Below, one piece after another: positions 17,401-26,238 of a DNA stretch of 43,934 nucleotides. The first letter of the stretch is position 1. Each line of letters begins with the position of its first letter. The translations under genes were made by a program, and so were the position numbers. Origin of the DNA: an uncultured virus (IMG/VR IMGVR_UViG_3300011547_000001) (taxonomy: Duplodnaviria; Heunggongvirae; Uroviricota; Caudoviricetes); the IMG/VR virus record IMGVR_UViG_3300011547_000001; one strand, 5' to 3'. A model generated the notes under the pieces. The model worked only from the letters and a program-made list of their open reading frames with translations. It did no database searches and had not been told where the DNA came from.

Positions 17401-17820
17401 TTACTTACGCTCGCAATCGAAGAACACTACACCACGATGCAGGTCAGCATCAGGGTCGTCCTTTGTTGCGTATAGGAACATCATGAAGTACGGCTTGCCA
17501 TCGTTGTCATCATGCTTGAAGATGATGGCCCGACTGGTACCAGCAAAGCCACTGATAGAGCCACCCACCTCGTTGGTGAAAGTCTTCTCTTCACGAATCG
17601 CACCATTCGGCTTAACGATGAATTCCTTATCGTTTTGCAGAATGGTAGTCGTCATGTCGATCGGTTGGTTGTCGGTGAGGAACTGGGCAGCGGCATCGAC
17701 TTCGTTGTCGCTGAGCTTCTTGCACTCGTACTTGGTTTCGGTCGAGATATAAACGCTCGTATCAACCGAAGCAAAGCACACAGTTGGGACGAGGAGGAAC
17801 AAGAGACCAAAAGCTTTCAT
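17401..17820 (-). CDS. Exported/periplasmic protein
   Basis: Signal peptide MKAFGLLFLLVPTVCFA; Cys pair (YEC ... VFFDC). Confidence 0.8.
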   Translation of the reverse strand: MKAFGLLFLLVPTVCFASVDTSVYISTETKYECKKLSDNEVDAAAQFLTDNQPIDMTTTILQNDKEFIVKPNGAIREEKTFTNEVGGSISGFAGTSRAIIFKHDDNDGKPYFMMFLYATKDDPDADLHRGVVFFDCERK

Positions 17821-17831
17821 GCGAGATATCC

Positions 17832-18149
17832 TTATTGACTGAGGGTACAGATTGCGTGGGTGCCCAGGACGGTAGTGCCGTAACGGTCACCTCGTTTGAA
17901 TTCTTCGACATGCACATCCCACTTGCTGCCGATTTTTACACGCTCCGCCTCGCTCCTCCTGCAACTCAGTCGCTGATCGGTGTAAACTTGATTGGCGCCG
18001 ATTACCTTGAGGTTTACAGTGCTGTGGCTTTTATTCCTGAGCGTAACGGAAACCACTTCCATGGTAACCACTTTACTGCTGGTGACAATACGTTCTTCAA
18101 AACAACCTGCGAGAAGAACGGTCATCATCAAAATCAGAACAACTTTCAT
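17832..18149 (-). CDS. Lipoprotein
   Basis: Lipobox LLAGC after a hydrophobic signal. Confidence 0.85.
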   Translation of the reverse strand: MKVVLILMMTVLLAGCFEERIVTSSKVVTMEVVSVTLRNKSHSTVNLKVIGANQVYTDQRLSCRRSEAERVKIGSKWDVHVEEFKRGDRYGTTVLGTHAICTLSQ

Positions 18150-18503
18150 CTATCCCTCCTTAAGACGTTTGATGAGCCTTAGTTGTTGACGAAGTGCGGC
18201 GCCGGTCGTGGCAAAGTAATCCTTCAGTCGAACAGTCCCAAGCATCCGCAGTCCTTCATCGATTTCAAGAGACGTGTCGTCACGCTCTTCTCTTTCCTTT
18301 GCATCGAAGAGTGCGTAAGCGCGATTGAGTGCAATGCGACGATCGCAACCCATTTGTTCCATGTACCACTCCACCCACTCGTTCGAGGGGTGATTACCAC
18401 AGGCCGATTTAAAAACAGGTTCTACAGAAACAGCCCGTTTAATGCGCGAAAGAACAAGGGCCGCATTCGACCCAAGTACTTCAGAGATTGCTTTGTGTTT
18501 CAT
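18150..18503 (-). CDS. WxxW-module protein
   Basis: EPVFKSACGNHPSNEWVEWYMEQMGCDRRIALNRA. Confidence 0.8.
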   Translation of the reverse strand: MKHKAISEVLGSNAALVLSRIKRAVSVEPVFKSACGNHPSNEWVEWYMEQMGCDRRIALNRAYALFDAKEREERDDTSLEIDEGLRMLGTVRLKDYFATTGAALRQQLRLIKRLKEG

Positions 18504-18820
18504 ACCTTTATTTCCTGTTTCATGTCACGGCTAAACCGATGGGCGGCCATCCAGAGGATAGCATCAAGGGTATTCGTTTTAACGTGATTGTAACGCCCAC
18601 CGAAAATGCCCTTTTCGTTACCCATCTTCTCAGCGGTTTCATGAGAAACGTTGTGTTTCGCCATACACCAAACAACCCACAGAGGATTCAAGTTGATCTG
18701 GCTATCCACGTACAGCGGTGGTTCATGGGTGGTGTCAATTTGCTGTATCGTTTCTCGCGCAACTCCCACGCCAGGTGGGAGGAAATCAACGAGACCATAT
18801 GGGTCAATGGTGATTTTCAT
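18500..18820 (-). CDS. WxxW-module protein
   Basis: EPPLYVDSQINLNPLWVVWCMAKHNVSHETAEKMG. Confidence 0.8.
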   Translation of the reverse strand: MKITIDPYGLVDFLPPGVGVARETIQQIDTTHEPPLYVDSQINLNPLWVVWCMAKHNVSHETAEKMGNEKGIFGGRYNHVKTNTLDAILWMAAHRFSRDMKQEIKV

Positions 18821-19005
18821 ACGAACTTCCTTTTAGGAGGGGCGATGGCCATGCGTGACTCACCTCGCTGGATGGCCTCTCCAAACGAGGTGTTGTATGT
18901 GTCCATGCACCAGAGGACCCAGGCGTAACTCAGTTCACCTGTGCCTGGATCCACTAGCTTTGGTTCTGTTGTTATTTTCTTTTCGTTTTTGATATCTTTT
19001 TTCAT
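18817..19005 (-). CDS. Stand-alone WxxW-module protein (62 aa)
   Basis: EPKLVDPGTGELSYAWVLWCMDTYNTSFGEAIQRG; AAGGAG RBS. Confidence 0.8.
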   Translation of the reverse strand: MKKDIKNEKKITTEPKLVDPGTGELSYAWVLWCMDTYNTSFGEAIQRGESRMAIAPPKRKFV

Positions 19006-19006
19006 A

Positions 19007-20887
19007 TTACTCCTTCTGTAGTTTAATTGATTTGCCCAGCTTCAGGGCAGTGCTTTCGAAGCTGTAAAGAGCTTCTACCATAGGTTTCTCACCTTGGTTC
19101 AAAAAGAAGATCAGGTCAACCTGCTCTTCCCAGGTGAGCTCCGCCCTACGGCCAGGGATGGAAGTCTTCAGCTTGCCTTTCTTGTCGAATGGCAGATCTT
19201 GCAGACCGAGTCCCCTTTTGTTTAGCTCCGCACGCAGATAACGGATCCAGGAATTGGAGAACCCATTGTCTTCCAGCTTCTTGTGAGCCTTCCTGCAAGC
19301 GACCCACTTCGGATCAAGGTTGACTTTGGAATCAACCACGGTGTTATGATAGGCCGAGATCGCCGCAAAATACCCACCAAAACGCGACACGTTCTTCTGA
19401 TACCACGCGGTCCAGGCAATGGCGTTGTCCCAACCGTCATCTTGCATGAGCGGTGGAGCAGGCTCTGTCGGCGGCGTCTTGCTTGCCAACAAAGTATCCA
19501 GTCCGTTCACAAGCATTTCAAGTTCGGGCGTTGGAACACCCATGCGACGCGCAGCACGTCCGCCAGCAGCTTCTGGATAAAGAAAAGGTGACGCAGCAAG
19601 CCGACGGATAGGATTATCTCCGTCGAAATCAGCTTGCTGGCTTTTACCAGCTACGTTCGACAGCAGTGCCTCGTGACTGTACGAGAGTTCAGCTTCACCC
19701 GTGCTCTTTGTGGGCGCCTCATAAGGACGGCAACCATCGCTTCCACTGCGGTTCAGCACCTGATCCAGCAGAGGTGCCGAATCGATCATCTCGAGCTTCT
19801 TGTGCAACGGTGGAGAAATCTCTGTCTCTCCAATGTCGCGATTGCTCGTGATCACACTCCTCCCTGTGAACGGAATGGCACCATCGAGATGTTTGCGAAG
19901 GATGACAACCTCGTTGAAGCCCTGAGGGTCCCCGAATTTCAGGAGCTCGAGCAACTTCGCTGCGCCAGGCAAGATCACCCGATGATCGAAACCTGGAATA
20001 CCCTTGAAGGAGTACGCCAGATCTTTGGTTACTTGGAAGTGCTCCTGCCAACCGCTGCCGGTGACAACAACGCCGACGATGTTCTTGATCTCCTTGTTCT
20101 CGAAGCTCTCGAAGTCGACGTTGAGTTCTTCCAGGGTCTTGCCCGACACGGTTTCACCGCGCAGGATCACCGAACCACCATCTTCCATGTTGACGGTTAC
20201 CGACAGAGCCCTGAGGGGCTTCGTCGCCGCAGTCTGGATAAAGCTCAGGAGAGTCCCCGTCGCAAGCAGGATGTTAGACCCGTTATGGCGAAGGATGGTT
20301 CGAAGATCAACCGCCATGGTCTTCTTGGCAACCCCGTGAGGATTGAGCACGGTGATCCCTGCTTTGGCTGCACGGCGGTACTTGAGGGACTCGTCAAGCC
20401 ACGCTTTGGTGAGCGACCCATCGTTGATGGCTTTCAGAGGTTCGCCGAAACCAAACATCCCGCGAATGCGTTCTTTTTGCTCGGGGGTCGCTTCTGGTGG
20501 TTCTTGAAGGTAAAAACCCGCATCCAGATAGCTGGTTGGCTTGGGGGCTTGTGCCATGAAGTTGGCGAAGTCGGCGCTTTGCTGTGGAGTGGGGGTGTGG
20601 GCGGCGCGCCAGGCGAACTCATCGACATTGAGGGCGCCTTCACGCAGCAGGTTGGCCACGGGATTTTTGGAAGACAGCACCAGGTCGCGGATGTAGCGGC
20701 CGATCTCGCTCACTGGCTCTTGAGCCATGACGTGTTTGAACACACGTTCTTCCATGACCTTTGGATCAGTCATCATCTCACGAATTTCTTCGTTGGTCAT
20801 GCCCTCGATGAGAGCGCGAACAGAAGCAACACCTTCCTCGGCGACCATTTGATCAACCATTTTCAACAGCTGGGTTTTCTCGTTCAT
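19007..20887 (-). CDS. 626-aa mosaic protein with degenerate RNAP beta-prime motifs and a WxxW module
   Basis: LRKH..FTGRSVITS, VLNR and ADFDGD, then EPAPPL...AWTAWYQK. Confidence 0.85.
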   Translation of the reverse strand: MNEKTQLLKMVDQMVAEEGVASVRALIEGMTNEEIREMMTDPKVMEERVFKHVMAQEPVSEIGRYIRDLVLSSKNPVANLLREGALNVDEFAWRAAHTPTPQQSADFANFMAQAPKPTSYLDAGFYLQEPPEATPEQKERIRGMFGFGEPLKAINDGSLTKAWLDESLKYRRAAKAGITVLNPHGVAKKTMAVDLRTILRHNGSNILLATGTLLSFIQTAATKPLRALSVTVNMEDGGSVILRGETVSGKTLEELNVDFESFENKEIKNIVGVVVTGSGWQEHFQVTKDLAYSFKGIPGFDHRVILPGAAKLLELLKFGDPQGFNEVVILRKHLDGAIPFTGRSVITSNRDIGETEISPPLHKKLEMIDSAPLLDQVLNRSGSDGCRPYEAPTKSTGEAELSYSHEALLSNVAGKSQQADFDGDNPIRRLAASPFLYPEAAGGRAARRMGVPTPELEMLVNGLDTLLASKTPPTEPAPPLMQDDGWDNAIAWTAWYQKNVSRFGGYFAAISAYHNTVVDSKVNLDPKWVACRKAHKKLEDNGFSNSWIRYLRAELNKRGLGLQDLPFDKKGKLKTSIPGRRAELTWEEQVDLIFFLNQGEKPMVEALYSFESTALKLGKSIKLQKE

Positions 20888-20922
20888 TGCGTAAGTTCCT
20901 TAGAAATGAAGAGGTAGGTTAT

Positions 20923-21231
20923 CTACCAGTCTCTGATGCGGTGAATGTCGGCGTTTATGTCCGGATTGAATTCACCTTTTTGAATGTAGAGTTTCGCGAT
21001 GTTCTTTGCGATGTTAGTGGAAACTCGTTTACGGAACTTGTACCAGGTCACCCATACAGGATTAACACCCCCTCGCCCATTTCGGAGCGAGGGAGGGTCC
21101 ATGGCTATGATTGCTTCCTGGCGTTTTGCGTGAGCAGCTTTATACTCACACTGATGCTCGGCCATATACAACGTGGTCCAAGCGTCATTGATCTCACCGT
21201 TAGGCAAGATCGGCTCAGGCCTAGCGCTCAT
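20923..21231 (-). CDS. Protein made of two WxxW-type modules
   Basis: PEPILPNGEINDAWTTLYM...A and PPSLRNGRGGVNPVWVTWYK...A. Confidence 0.8.
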   Translation of the reverse strand: MSARPEPILPNGEINDAWTTLYMAEHQCEYKAAHAKRQEAIIAMDPPSLRNGRGGVNPVWVTWYKFRKRVSTNIAKNIAKLYIQKGEFNPDINADIHRIRDW

Positions 21232-21243
21232 GGCGTCGACCTT

Positions 21244-22041
21244 TTAACTGAGCTGGAAGTAGAACAGCGGATTGCCGTCCATGGTTTTCACGACCAGGTA
21301 CTCGACCTCGAAGTGTTTGCGGTAACCTTTGACGATTTCCACGACTCGCTCCATGTAGAAGTCTTCTGGACCCTTCTCGACGCCAACTCGGCGATGAAGA
21401 TCGGGCTCCTTGTGCAGGTTGGAACTGAGCACGAAGCGCAGCGCGCCAACGTGCTCGCTGAAGAGACCGGATTTACCACACAGACGCTCTTCCAGTTTCT
21501 TGCCCAGATTCAGACCGAGGGCAGGCTTGAAGCCGTTTTCCTTTAGGGTTGCCCATTCCCGCAGGGCGTGGAAGTCGGTGTTCGGGGTCTTGATGAACAC
21601 TGGGCCGTATTTCGTGGGGAGGTCGGCAACGAGTTCTTTGAAGCTTTCGATCCAGAGCGCCGCTTCTTTCACGAGGTCGAACTTGGTGTCGTTACGACGC
21701 AGGCGCTGGAAGATGTTGAAATGACTCGTGTCGCCGACGATTACTTTTTCGAACTCGACGTAAGGGTACAGCTCCAGCAGTTGCTTCAGCGCCGTATCAC
21801 TGAAAATGGCTGCTTTGACCTGGGCGACGGTCATACTGTCCGGATGCACCAGTCCTTCGAGGTTACGCATGACTTGGGCAGCTTCTTCGTCTTTCGCCTT
21901 GCGTTCTTTCTGGGACTTGTACGGCATGGCGCTGACGCCGACGACGTGTTTGATCAGCTCTTCCAGCGGGTTGAGTTTACGACGAGGGTAAGCGCCCACG
22001 GCGTTGATTTGACGTTGCTCAGAGCGGGTCACGTATTGCAT
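21244..22041 (-). CDS. Hypothetical early protein
   Basis: 265 aa with an AAGGAG RBS; first gene after P5. Confidence 0.85.
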   Translation of the reverse strand: MQYVTRSEQRQINAVGAYPRRKLNPLEELIKHVVGVSAMPYKSQKERKAKDEEAAQVMRNLEGLVHPDSMTVAQVKAAIFSDTALKQLLELYPYVEFEKVIVGDTSHFNIFQRLRRNDTKFDLVKEAALWIESFKELVADLPTKYGPVFIKTPNTDFHALREWATLKENGFKPALGLNLGKKLEERLCGKSGLFSEHVGALRFVLSSNLHKEPDLHRRVGVEKGPEDFYMERVVEIVKGYRKHFEVEYLVVKTMDGNPLFYFQLS

Positions 22042-22085
22042 GTAAAACTCCTTGTAGATGAAATGAAATGTTTCGGCTTTACACT

Positions 22086-22103
22086 GTAGTAATATAGATA
22101 CCA
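22086..22103 (-). promoter_or_regulatory. Early promoter P5
   Basis: Minus strand TGGTATCTATATTACTAC, containing exact TATATTAC. Confidence 0.8.
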
Positions 22104-22128
22104 GTCCGGCTGTAACTTAATTACGTGG

Positions 22129-22821
22129 TCAGGATTTATCAGGTTCCACAAAATTGAGTGGGAGAATCTGGTTGTAGTACTGAATGCGCTGGTAGTGGAG
22201 CGCATGAATTACATGCACACTGTCGATCCAGTGGAAGGTTGTTTCACACCACCGCTGCCACGCAGCGCCGTTCTTACGTGGGTCTGGTTCACTGGCGTAG
22301 ATACCACCAAGCTCCGGATGACGCGGTGGTTTTACAGAGCGAATTGGGAAACCGAGTGCCAACTCGTAAAACTTCGCGTCCACGTCACTTTCAGATAATC
22401 CAGGATTGTCGGCTACGTACATTTCGATCCAGTCTTTCTTGTACCCCAGAAACTTTGCCGGATAGTCGTTGAGCGCCTCTTTATTAGTTCGACGTTGTTC
22501 CCGGATGCGGCGACCGCTTTCCACTTGCTTGTCAAAGAGCACCTGGCTCAGCTCTTTGATCCTTGCAGCGCGACCTTCGGGTGTATTGGGGTGTCCGTTG
22601 AAAACTCGGTTGTACACCACCGCGGCGCTGTAGAAGTCGACCGATGGGTTACGCAGGCGGTATCTGCGAATCCAGGCGGTGCGATCATCGAGTTGTTGGG
22701 CGACCGGATCTTGTTCTCGAACGATCTGGTTTTCAGCGTGCAGGCGACGAATAAACCCGTACTTGAAACCAGTGCAGAGATTCTCCCAGCGTTTAGCAAA
22801 GAAGGCTTTAATACGATTCAT
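22129..22821 (-). CDS. Hypothetical protein with degenerate WxxW-type modules
   Basis: TAWIRRY, KDWIEMY and EPDPRKNGAAWQRWC. Confidence 0.8.
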   Translation of the reverse strand: MNRIKAFFAKRWENLCTGFKYGFIRRLHAENQIVREQDPVAQQLDDRTAWIRRYRLRNPSVDFYSAAVVYNRVFNGHPNTPEGRAARIKELSQVLFDKQVESGRRIREQRRTNKEALNDYPAKFLGYKKDWIEMYVADNPGLSESDVDAKFYELALGFPIRSVKPPRHPELGGIYASEPDPRKNGAAWQRWCETTFHWIDSVHVIHALHYQRIQYYNQILPLNFVEPDKS

Positions 22822-22826
22822 GGGCT

Positions 22827-23159
22827 TTACTCGTAAGGTGGGAAACGATTGACTTTGAGACGAGGAACCAGTGGGCCAATTTCGCCGGTTATTGGGTTGC
22901 GGACCATATCCAGTAAAGGATACTGCGGTTCGTAGGTTTTGTTATCTGGTTCTTTGAGCCCACACCACTCGTCGATAACATCGTTTTGCAGACGGAGTTC
23001 GGTTTCAATGGTGCGTCGTTCTCGGGTTACAAGATAACCTTTGGTTTGAACGAGAAAGCCCAGTGGCTTCAGGTAGATCGTGTCCCAGTCAGGGTTAACT
23101 GTGCCGTCTAACATCAAAAGAGGCTGGGGTCGATGAAAATACTGATCGCGAAGATTCAT
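22827..23159 (-). CDS. Hypothetical protein with a partial module
   Basis: PQPLLMLDGTVNPDWDTIY; GAGG RBS. Confidence 0.75.
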   Translation of the reverse strand: MNLRDQYFHRPQPLLMLDGTVNPDWDTIYLKPLGFLVQTKGYLVTRERRTIETELRLQNDVIDEWCGLKEPDNKTYEPQYPLLDMVRNPITGEIGPLVPRLKVNRFPPYE

Positions 23160-23170
23160 AGGGACCTCTC

Positions 23171-23198
23171 ACCATTCCCCACCTAAGCAGGGAATGGT
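23171..23198. other. Intergenic hairpin
   Basis: accattccc...gggaatggt with no U tract on the coding strand. Confidence 0.5.
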
Positions 23199-23203
23199 TT
23201 TGG

Positions 23204-23782
23204 TTAAGGTTGGTTTGGATCGAGGGTATAGGTATATTCCGGGATGGTAACAGGAACGTTCAGCTTACCATCCGACCGTACCGTGTTCACTGGCCGAAGG
23301 TTCCGAATCAGGTAGCTACCATCAGCTGGTACGTTCGGACCCATGTCGATAGGCTTGTGCATCCCATCGATGAGGAGGAACGCCTCACCACCAATGACGT
23401 CAAGCTGGATGTCGATGCTCGCTACACTTTCCTGATCCAGGATCTTCTGGAGCATGTACGCCCTGGGACCCCACCAGTTTTCCATCTTCTCCTTAACGTC
23501 ACCTCCCCAGCCGGCGTTTCCATTACCGTAGGAAATGGACATGCTGTCGAGGAATGGTCGTTGGTCGTGAAGAGAAATGCTGGTAACGACGTCGCCGTTG
23601 ATGAGCTTGTCGAGGTTATCCGGTACCTTGGTAACGGGGAAACGTCTGCCATGGCCCAACAGGAAATACTTGCCCTCGTTCTTGACCAGCTTGAGTTGGT
23701 CGCCGTTCAGGTCTTTCACGTAGCCAATGATCTCGTCACTGATCAGCGGAATGCTTTTGTCGTCATTGTTTAGTTCATTCAT
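23204..23782 (-). CDS. Hypothetical protein
   Basis: AAGGAG RBS before ATG 23782 (MNELNNDD). Confidence 0.8.
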   Translation of the reverse strand: MNELNNDDKSIPLISDEIIGYVKDLNGDQLKLVKNEGKYFLLGHGRRFPVTKVPDNLDKLINGDVVTSISLHDQRPFLDSMSISYGNGNAGWGGDVKEKMENWWGPRAYMLQKILDQESVASIDIQLDVIGGEAFLLIDGMHKPIDMGPNVPADGSYLIRNLRPVNTVRSDGKLNVPVTIPEYTYTLDPNQP

Positions 23783-23792
23783 GGCCAACTCC

Positions 23793-24599
23793 TTAATCGC
23801 AGCTGGGACTGCTGCTATCGCCACCACCACCACTGTAGCTGTCGTCACTACGGCTATTGTCGCTTGGCGGAGAACATTGCGAACTGCTCTGTCGCGTATT
23901 CGATTCGCCGTTATCACTCATCATGGCGCCCAGCACGATACCTTGGGTGAGGCCCATGCCGCCATCATCATGGTGATGATGGTGGTGTTCCACATGAGTG
24001 ACGCGACGTGGCGCCGGAGGAGGTGGCGCCGGTGGAGTCTTCGGGAGGGGGTTGCGGGTAGGTGCCGGATTGATGTTGACCCCCTCGTTCAACCGTTCCA
24101 GCGCACGCGCCTTAGGCCGCTCGGACTTCAACAATGCAAGCTGCTCTGCAAAGATTTTCTCCCGCTCGCCATGATTGTCGGCGTTCAACAAAGCGCGCAG
24201 ACGCTTCGCCAGCTCTTCCGACTCAAGCTTAGTGATATCACCGATCTGCCAATGGATATTCGCCTGCTGAGTTCCCCACACCCGGGGAGCGACGATCTCG
24301 CACATATCACCGAGTGTCATAGGCTTCTGAGCAGCCAGGAGTGATTTACTAATTTTGTCAGCATCTGCAGCCCGCAGATGACCCTGGTCGACCAGATCCT
24401 TTACGAGGTCATTCAGCGCCTTGACACGCACATCCTCCAGAAACGCCTCAACAGAGTTCTCCTCCGCGTCGCACTTGGCCAAGTTGGCCACGCTACGCGC
24501 AGCACGACGATACGACGCATTCCGCCAGATAGCGGCCAGCGCCAGTGCCAGCGCTATACCAACAACCGCATAAAGACCAACTTCACTGATTTGAAACAT
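23793..24599 (-). CDS. Membrane-anchored protein with Pro-, His- and Ser/Gly/Asp-rich tail
   Basis: N-terminal TM helix, PPAPPPPAP, HHHHHH and SDDSYSGGGGDSSSPSCD. Confidence 0.85.
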   Translation of the reverse strand: MFQISEVGLYAVVGIALALALAAIWRNASYRRAARSVANLAKCDAEENSVEAFLEDVRVKALNDLVKDLVDQGHLRAADADKISKSLLAAQKPMTLGDMCEIVAPRVWGTQQANIHWQIGDITKLESEELAKRLRALLNADNHGEREKIFAEQLALLKSERPKARALERLNEGVNINPAPTRNPLPKTPPAPPPPAPRRVTHVEHHHHHHDDGGMGLTQGIVLGAMMSDNGESNTRQSSSQCSPPSDNSRSDDSYSGGGGDSSSPSCD

Positions 24600-24610
24600 G
24601 TTTGTACTCC

Positions 24611-24922
24611 TTACAGTTTAAGGCCTTTGACAAAGATGCACCAGTAGAGGGTTGCCCAGCCTCCCAGGTGCAATACCAGCAGCAACGCCGCACCAATCAT
24701 TTCCCAAGGGTTCCTGAAGGGCCAGTGGCGCTGCATGCGCTGCCAACGCGTGCGTTTAGGGGGAATGTACGGCTGATCCCCCAGTAGCTCCAGAAACGCC
24801 TCAGCGGAGCTTATGGAAGCCAAATGGTCAGCCACCATTTGTTTGGCCTCCTCAATGTTGTTTGGAACGGGTTCACTGATAATGTTCTTTTTATCAGGGA
24901 ACTTGTAGACTCTCGCCGTCAT
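24611..24922 (-). CDS. Membrane protein
   Basis: 103 aa with a C-terminal TM helix. Confidence 0.75.
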   Translation of the reverse strand: MTARVYKFPDKKNIISEPVPNNIEEAKQMVADHLASISSAEAFLELLGDQPYIPPKRTRWQRMQRHWPFRNPWEMIGAALLLVLHLGGWATLYWCIFVKGLKL

Positions 24923-25124
24923 TGGTTCTACGCTCCAGTTCTTGTTTTACCATCTCGAGATGCCGACGAGTGATGCTGATCGGAAACTCAAACCGATAGA
25001 AGCTGAAGGTAAATCCTCCCTCCAGCATCTTAGGCATTTCTTCTATTTCGTGCGGCTTGAGCTTTGGGAGGATATCCCTTATCCGCCGATCTTCCATGGA
25101 GAGGAAAGGCAGCACGTTGCTCAT
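24894..25124 (-). CDS. Hypothetical protein homologous to the C-terminus of 25597-26175
   Basis: GFTFSFY...HLEMVKQELERRT versus GNTFSYY...HLELVKQELRSRT. Confidence 0.8.
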   Translation of the reverse strand: MSNVLPFLSMEDRRIRDILPKLKPHEIEEMPKMLEGGFTFSFYRFEFPISITRRHLEMVKQELERRTNDGESLQVP

Positions 25125-25600
25125 GGGAAGGGTTTCCCTGGATTAACCAGTTGATGGAGATCTTTGTAGAGTTCGATCAGTTCAGGGGTTTGTGGCGGGT
25201 TCAGGGAATCCTGGATAGCACCGGTCGACGTCCGGTGAGTCGCCATCTTGTATTTATTGTCCATGAACGGCATCGCCATGAAGGTCTCCTTGGACTTGAT
25301 CAGTTCGTCCATGGTCTCCGTTATTGGCCTGAACCAGAAATTATCGAAATGTCCCCATTTGAAAGACTGGACCATTTGCTCCGTAGGGATATCACGGAAC
25401 GGATAACCCGGCCAAGGCCCATCGCCCTTCGCTTTCAGCTCTTCCATGATGTCAATCGGAGCGGCCACCTCCTTGTACATCGGTTGTCCCTTATTGTCGC
25501 AGGGAAGCCCGTTCTCATCGGAAAAGAACATTATCTTTTGACCTAGCGGCAGCAGGTCGTTGAATTTTTGGAGGTCACCCCAGCCAATACGTTGTTTCAT
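25121..25600 (-). CDS. Hypothetical protein
   Basis: 159 aa with ATGA overlaps at both ends. Confidence 0.8.
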   Translation of the reverse strand: MKQRIGWGDLQKFNDLLPLGQKIMFFSDENGLPCDNKGQPMYKEVAAPIDIMEELKAKGDGPWPGYPFRDIPTEQMVQSFKWGHFDNFWFRPITETMDELIKSKETFMAMPFMDNKYKMATHRTSTGAIQDSLNPPQTPELIELYKDLHQLVNPGKPFP

Positions 25601-26175
25601 ACGGTTCTGCTCCTCAGTTCTTGCTTGACGAGTTCCAGGTGTTCGATACCGATCACCAGGGTCGGAGTGTAGTTGTAGTAGCTAAAGGTATTACCCTTTG
25701 GCAGTTGGTCTTGGATCACCAGCAACTCATTCAGCGGTAAACCGCCGAGCACTTGCTTGACCTGCCAGAGGGTTTTACCTTTCTTATTGTCTTCGGCTTC
25801 TTGTTGGTGTTTGAGTGCAATGCCGAAACGAACAGCTTCCGTAGGCGGGATACGGTCAAAGTAACTTACATTCAAAACCCACGCCATGGAAAGCTTGAAG
25901 CGATCACCCAGGATCATTTGCGGTTCTTGGTGTTCGAACTCGAAATTGGCGTCGTAGTTCAGCAGATTCTTTTCCAGGGTGTTCATAACGTTGAGCGCAA
26001 TATTCACCTTGCCGGGCGTGGCTTCGATCAGTTCGTAAACCGGAGGGTGTGGTCGCCCGTTAGCCCGCAGGATGTTCCAGTTCAGCCAGCTGATCCAATC
26101 CAGCGATGGTGCTTGTTCGACGTGCGTCCAGAGAGATGGCTCTTCGTCTTGGACGGGATACGGAAACTTGTTCAT
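25597..26175 (-). CDS. Protein with two WxxW-type modules and a C-terminal domain shared with 24894-25124
   Basis: EEPSLW...PSLDWISW and QEPQMILGDRFKLSMAWV...TEAVRFG. Confidence 0.85.
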   Translation of the reverse strand: MNKFPYPVQDEEPSLWTHVEQAPSLDWISWLNWNILRANGRPHPPVYELIEATPGKVNIALNVMNTLEKNLLNYDANFEFEHQEPQMILGDRFKLSMAWVLNVSYFDRIPPTEAVRFGIALKHQQEAEDNKKGKTLWQVKQVLGGLPLNELLVIQDQLPKGNTFSYYNYTPTLVIGIEHLELVKQELRSRTV

Positions 26176-26238
26176 ACGGATTCCTTAAGGGCAAATGCCG
26201 TTATTTACCATTACAATGCATGTTGCCCTTTAAAGTTA

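Noticed and set aside
23783..23917. N-terminal extensions of ORF-track calls (also 3717-3860, 15590-15709, 34738-34878, 35384-35548)
   Set aside because: They overlap upstream genes, and downstream starts fit RBS position or operon packing better.
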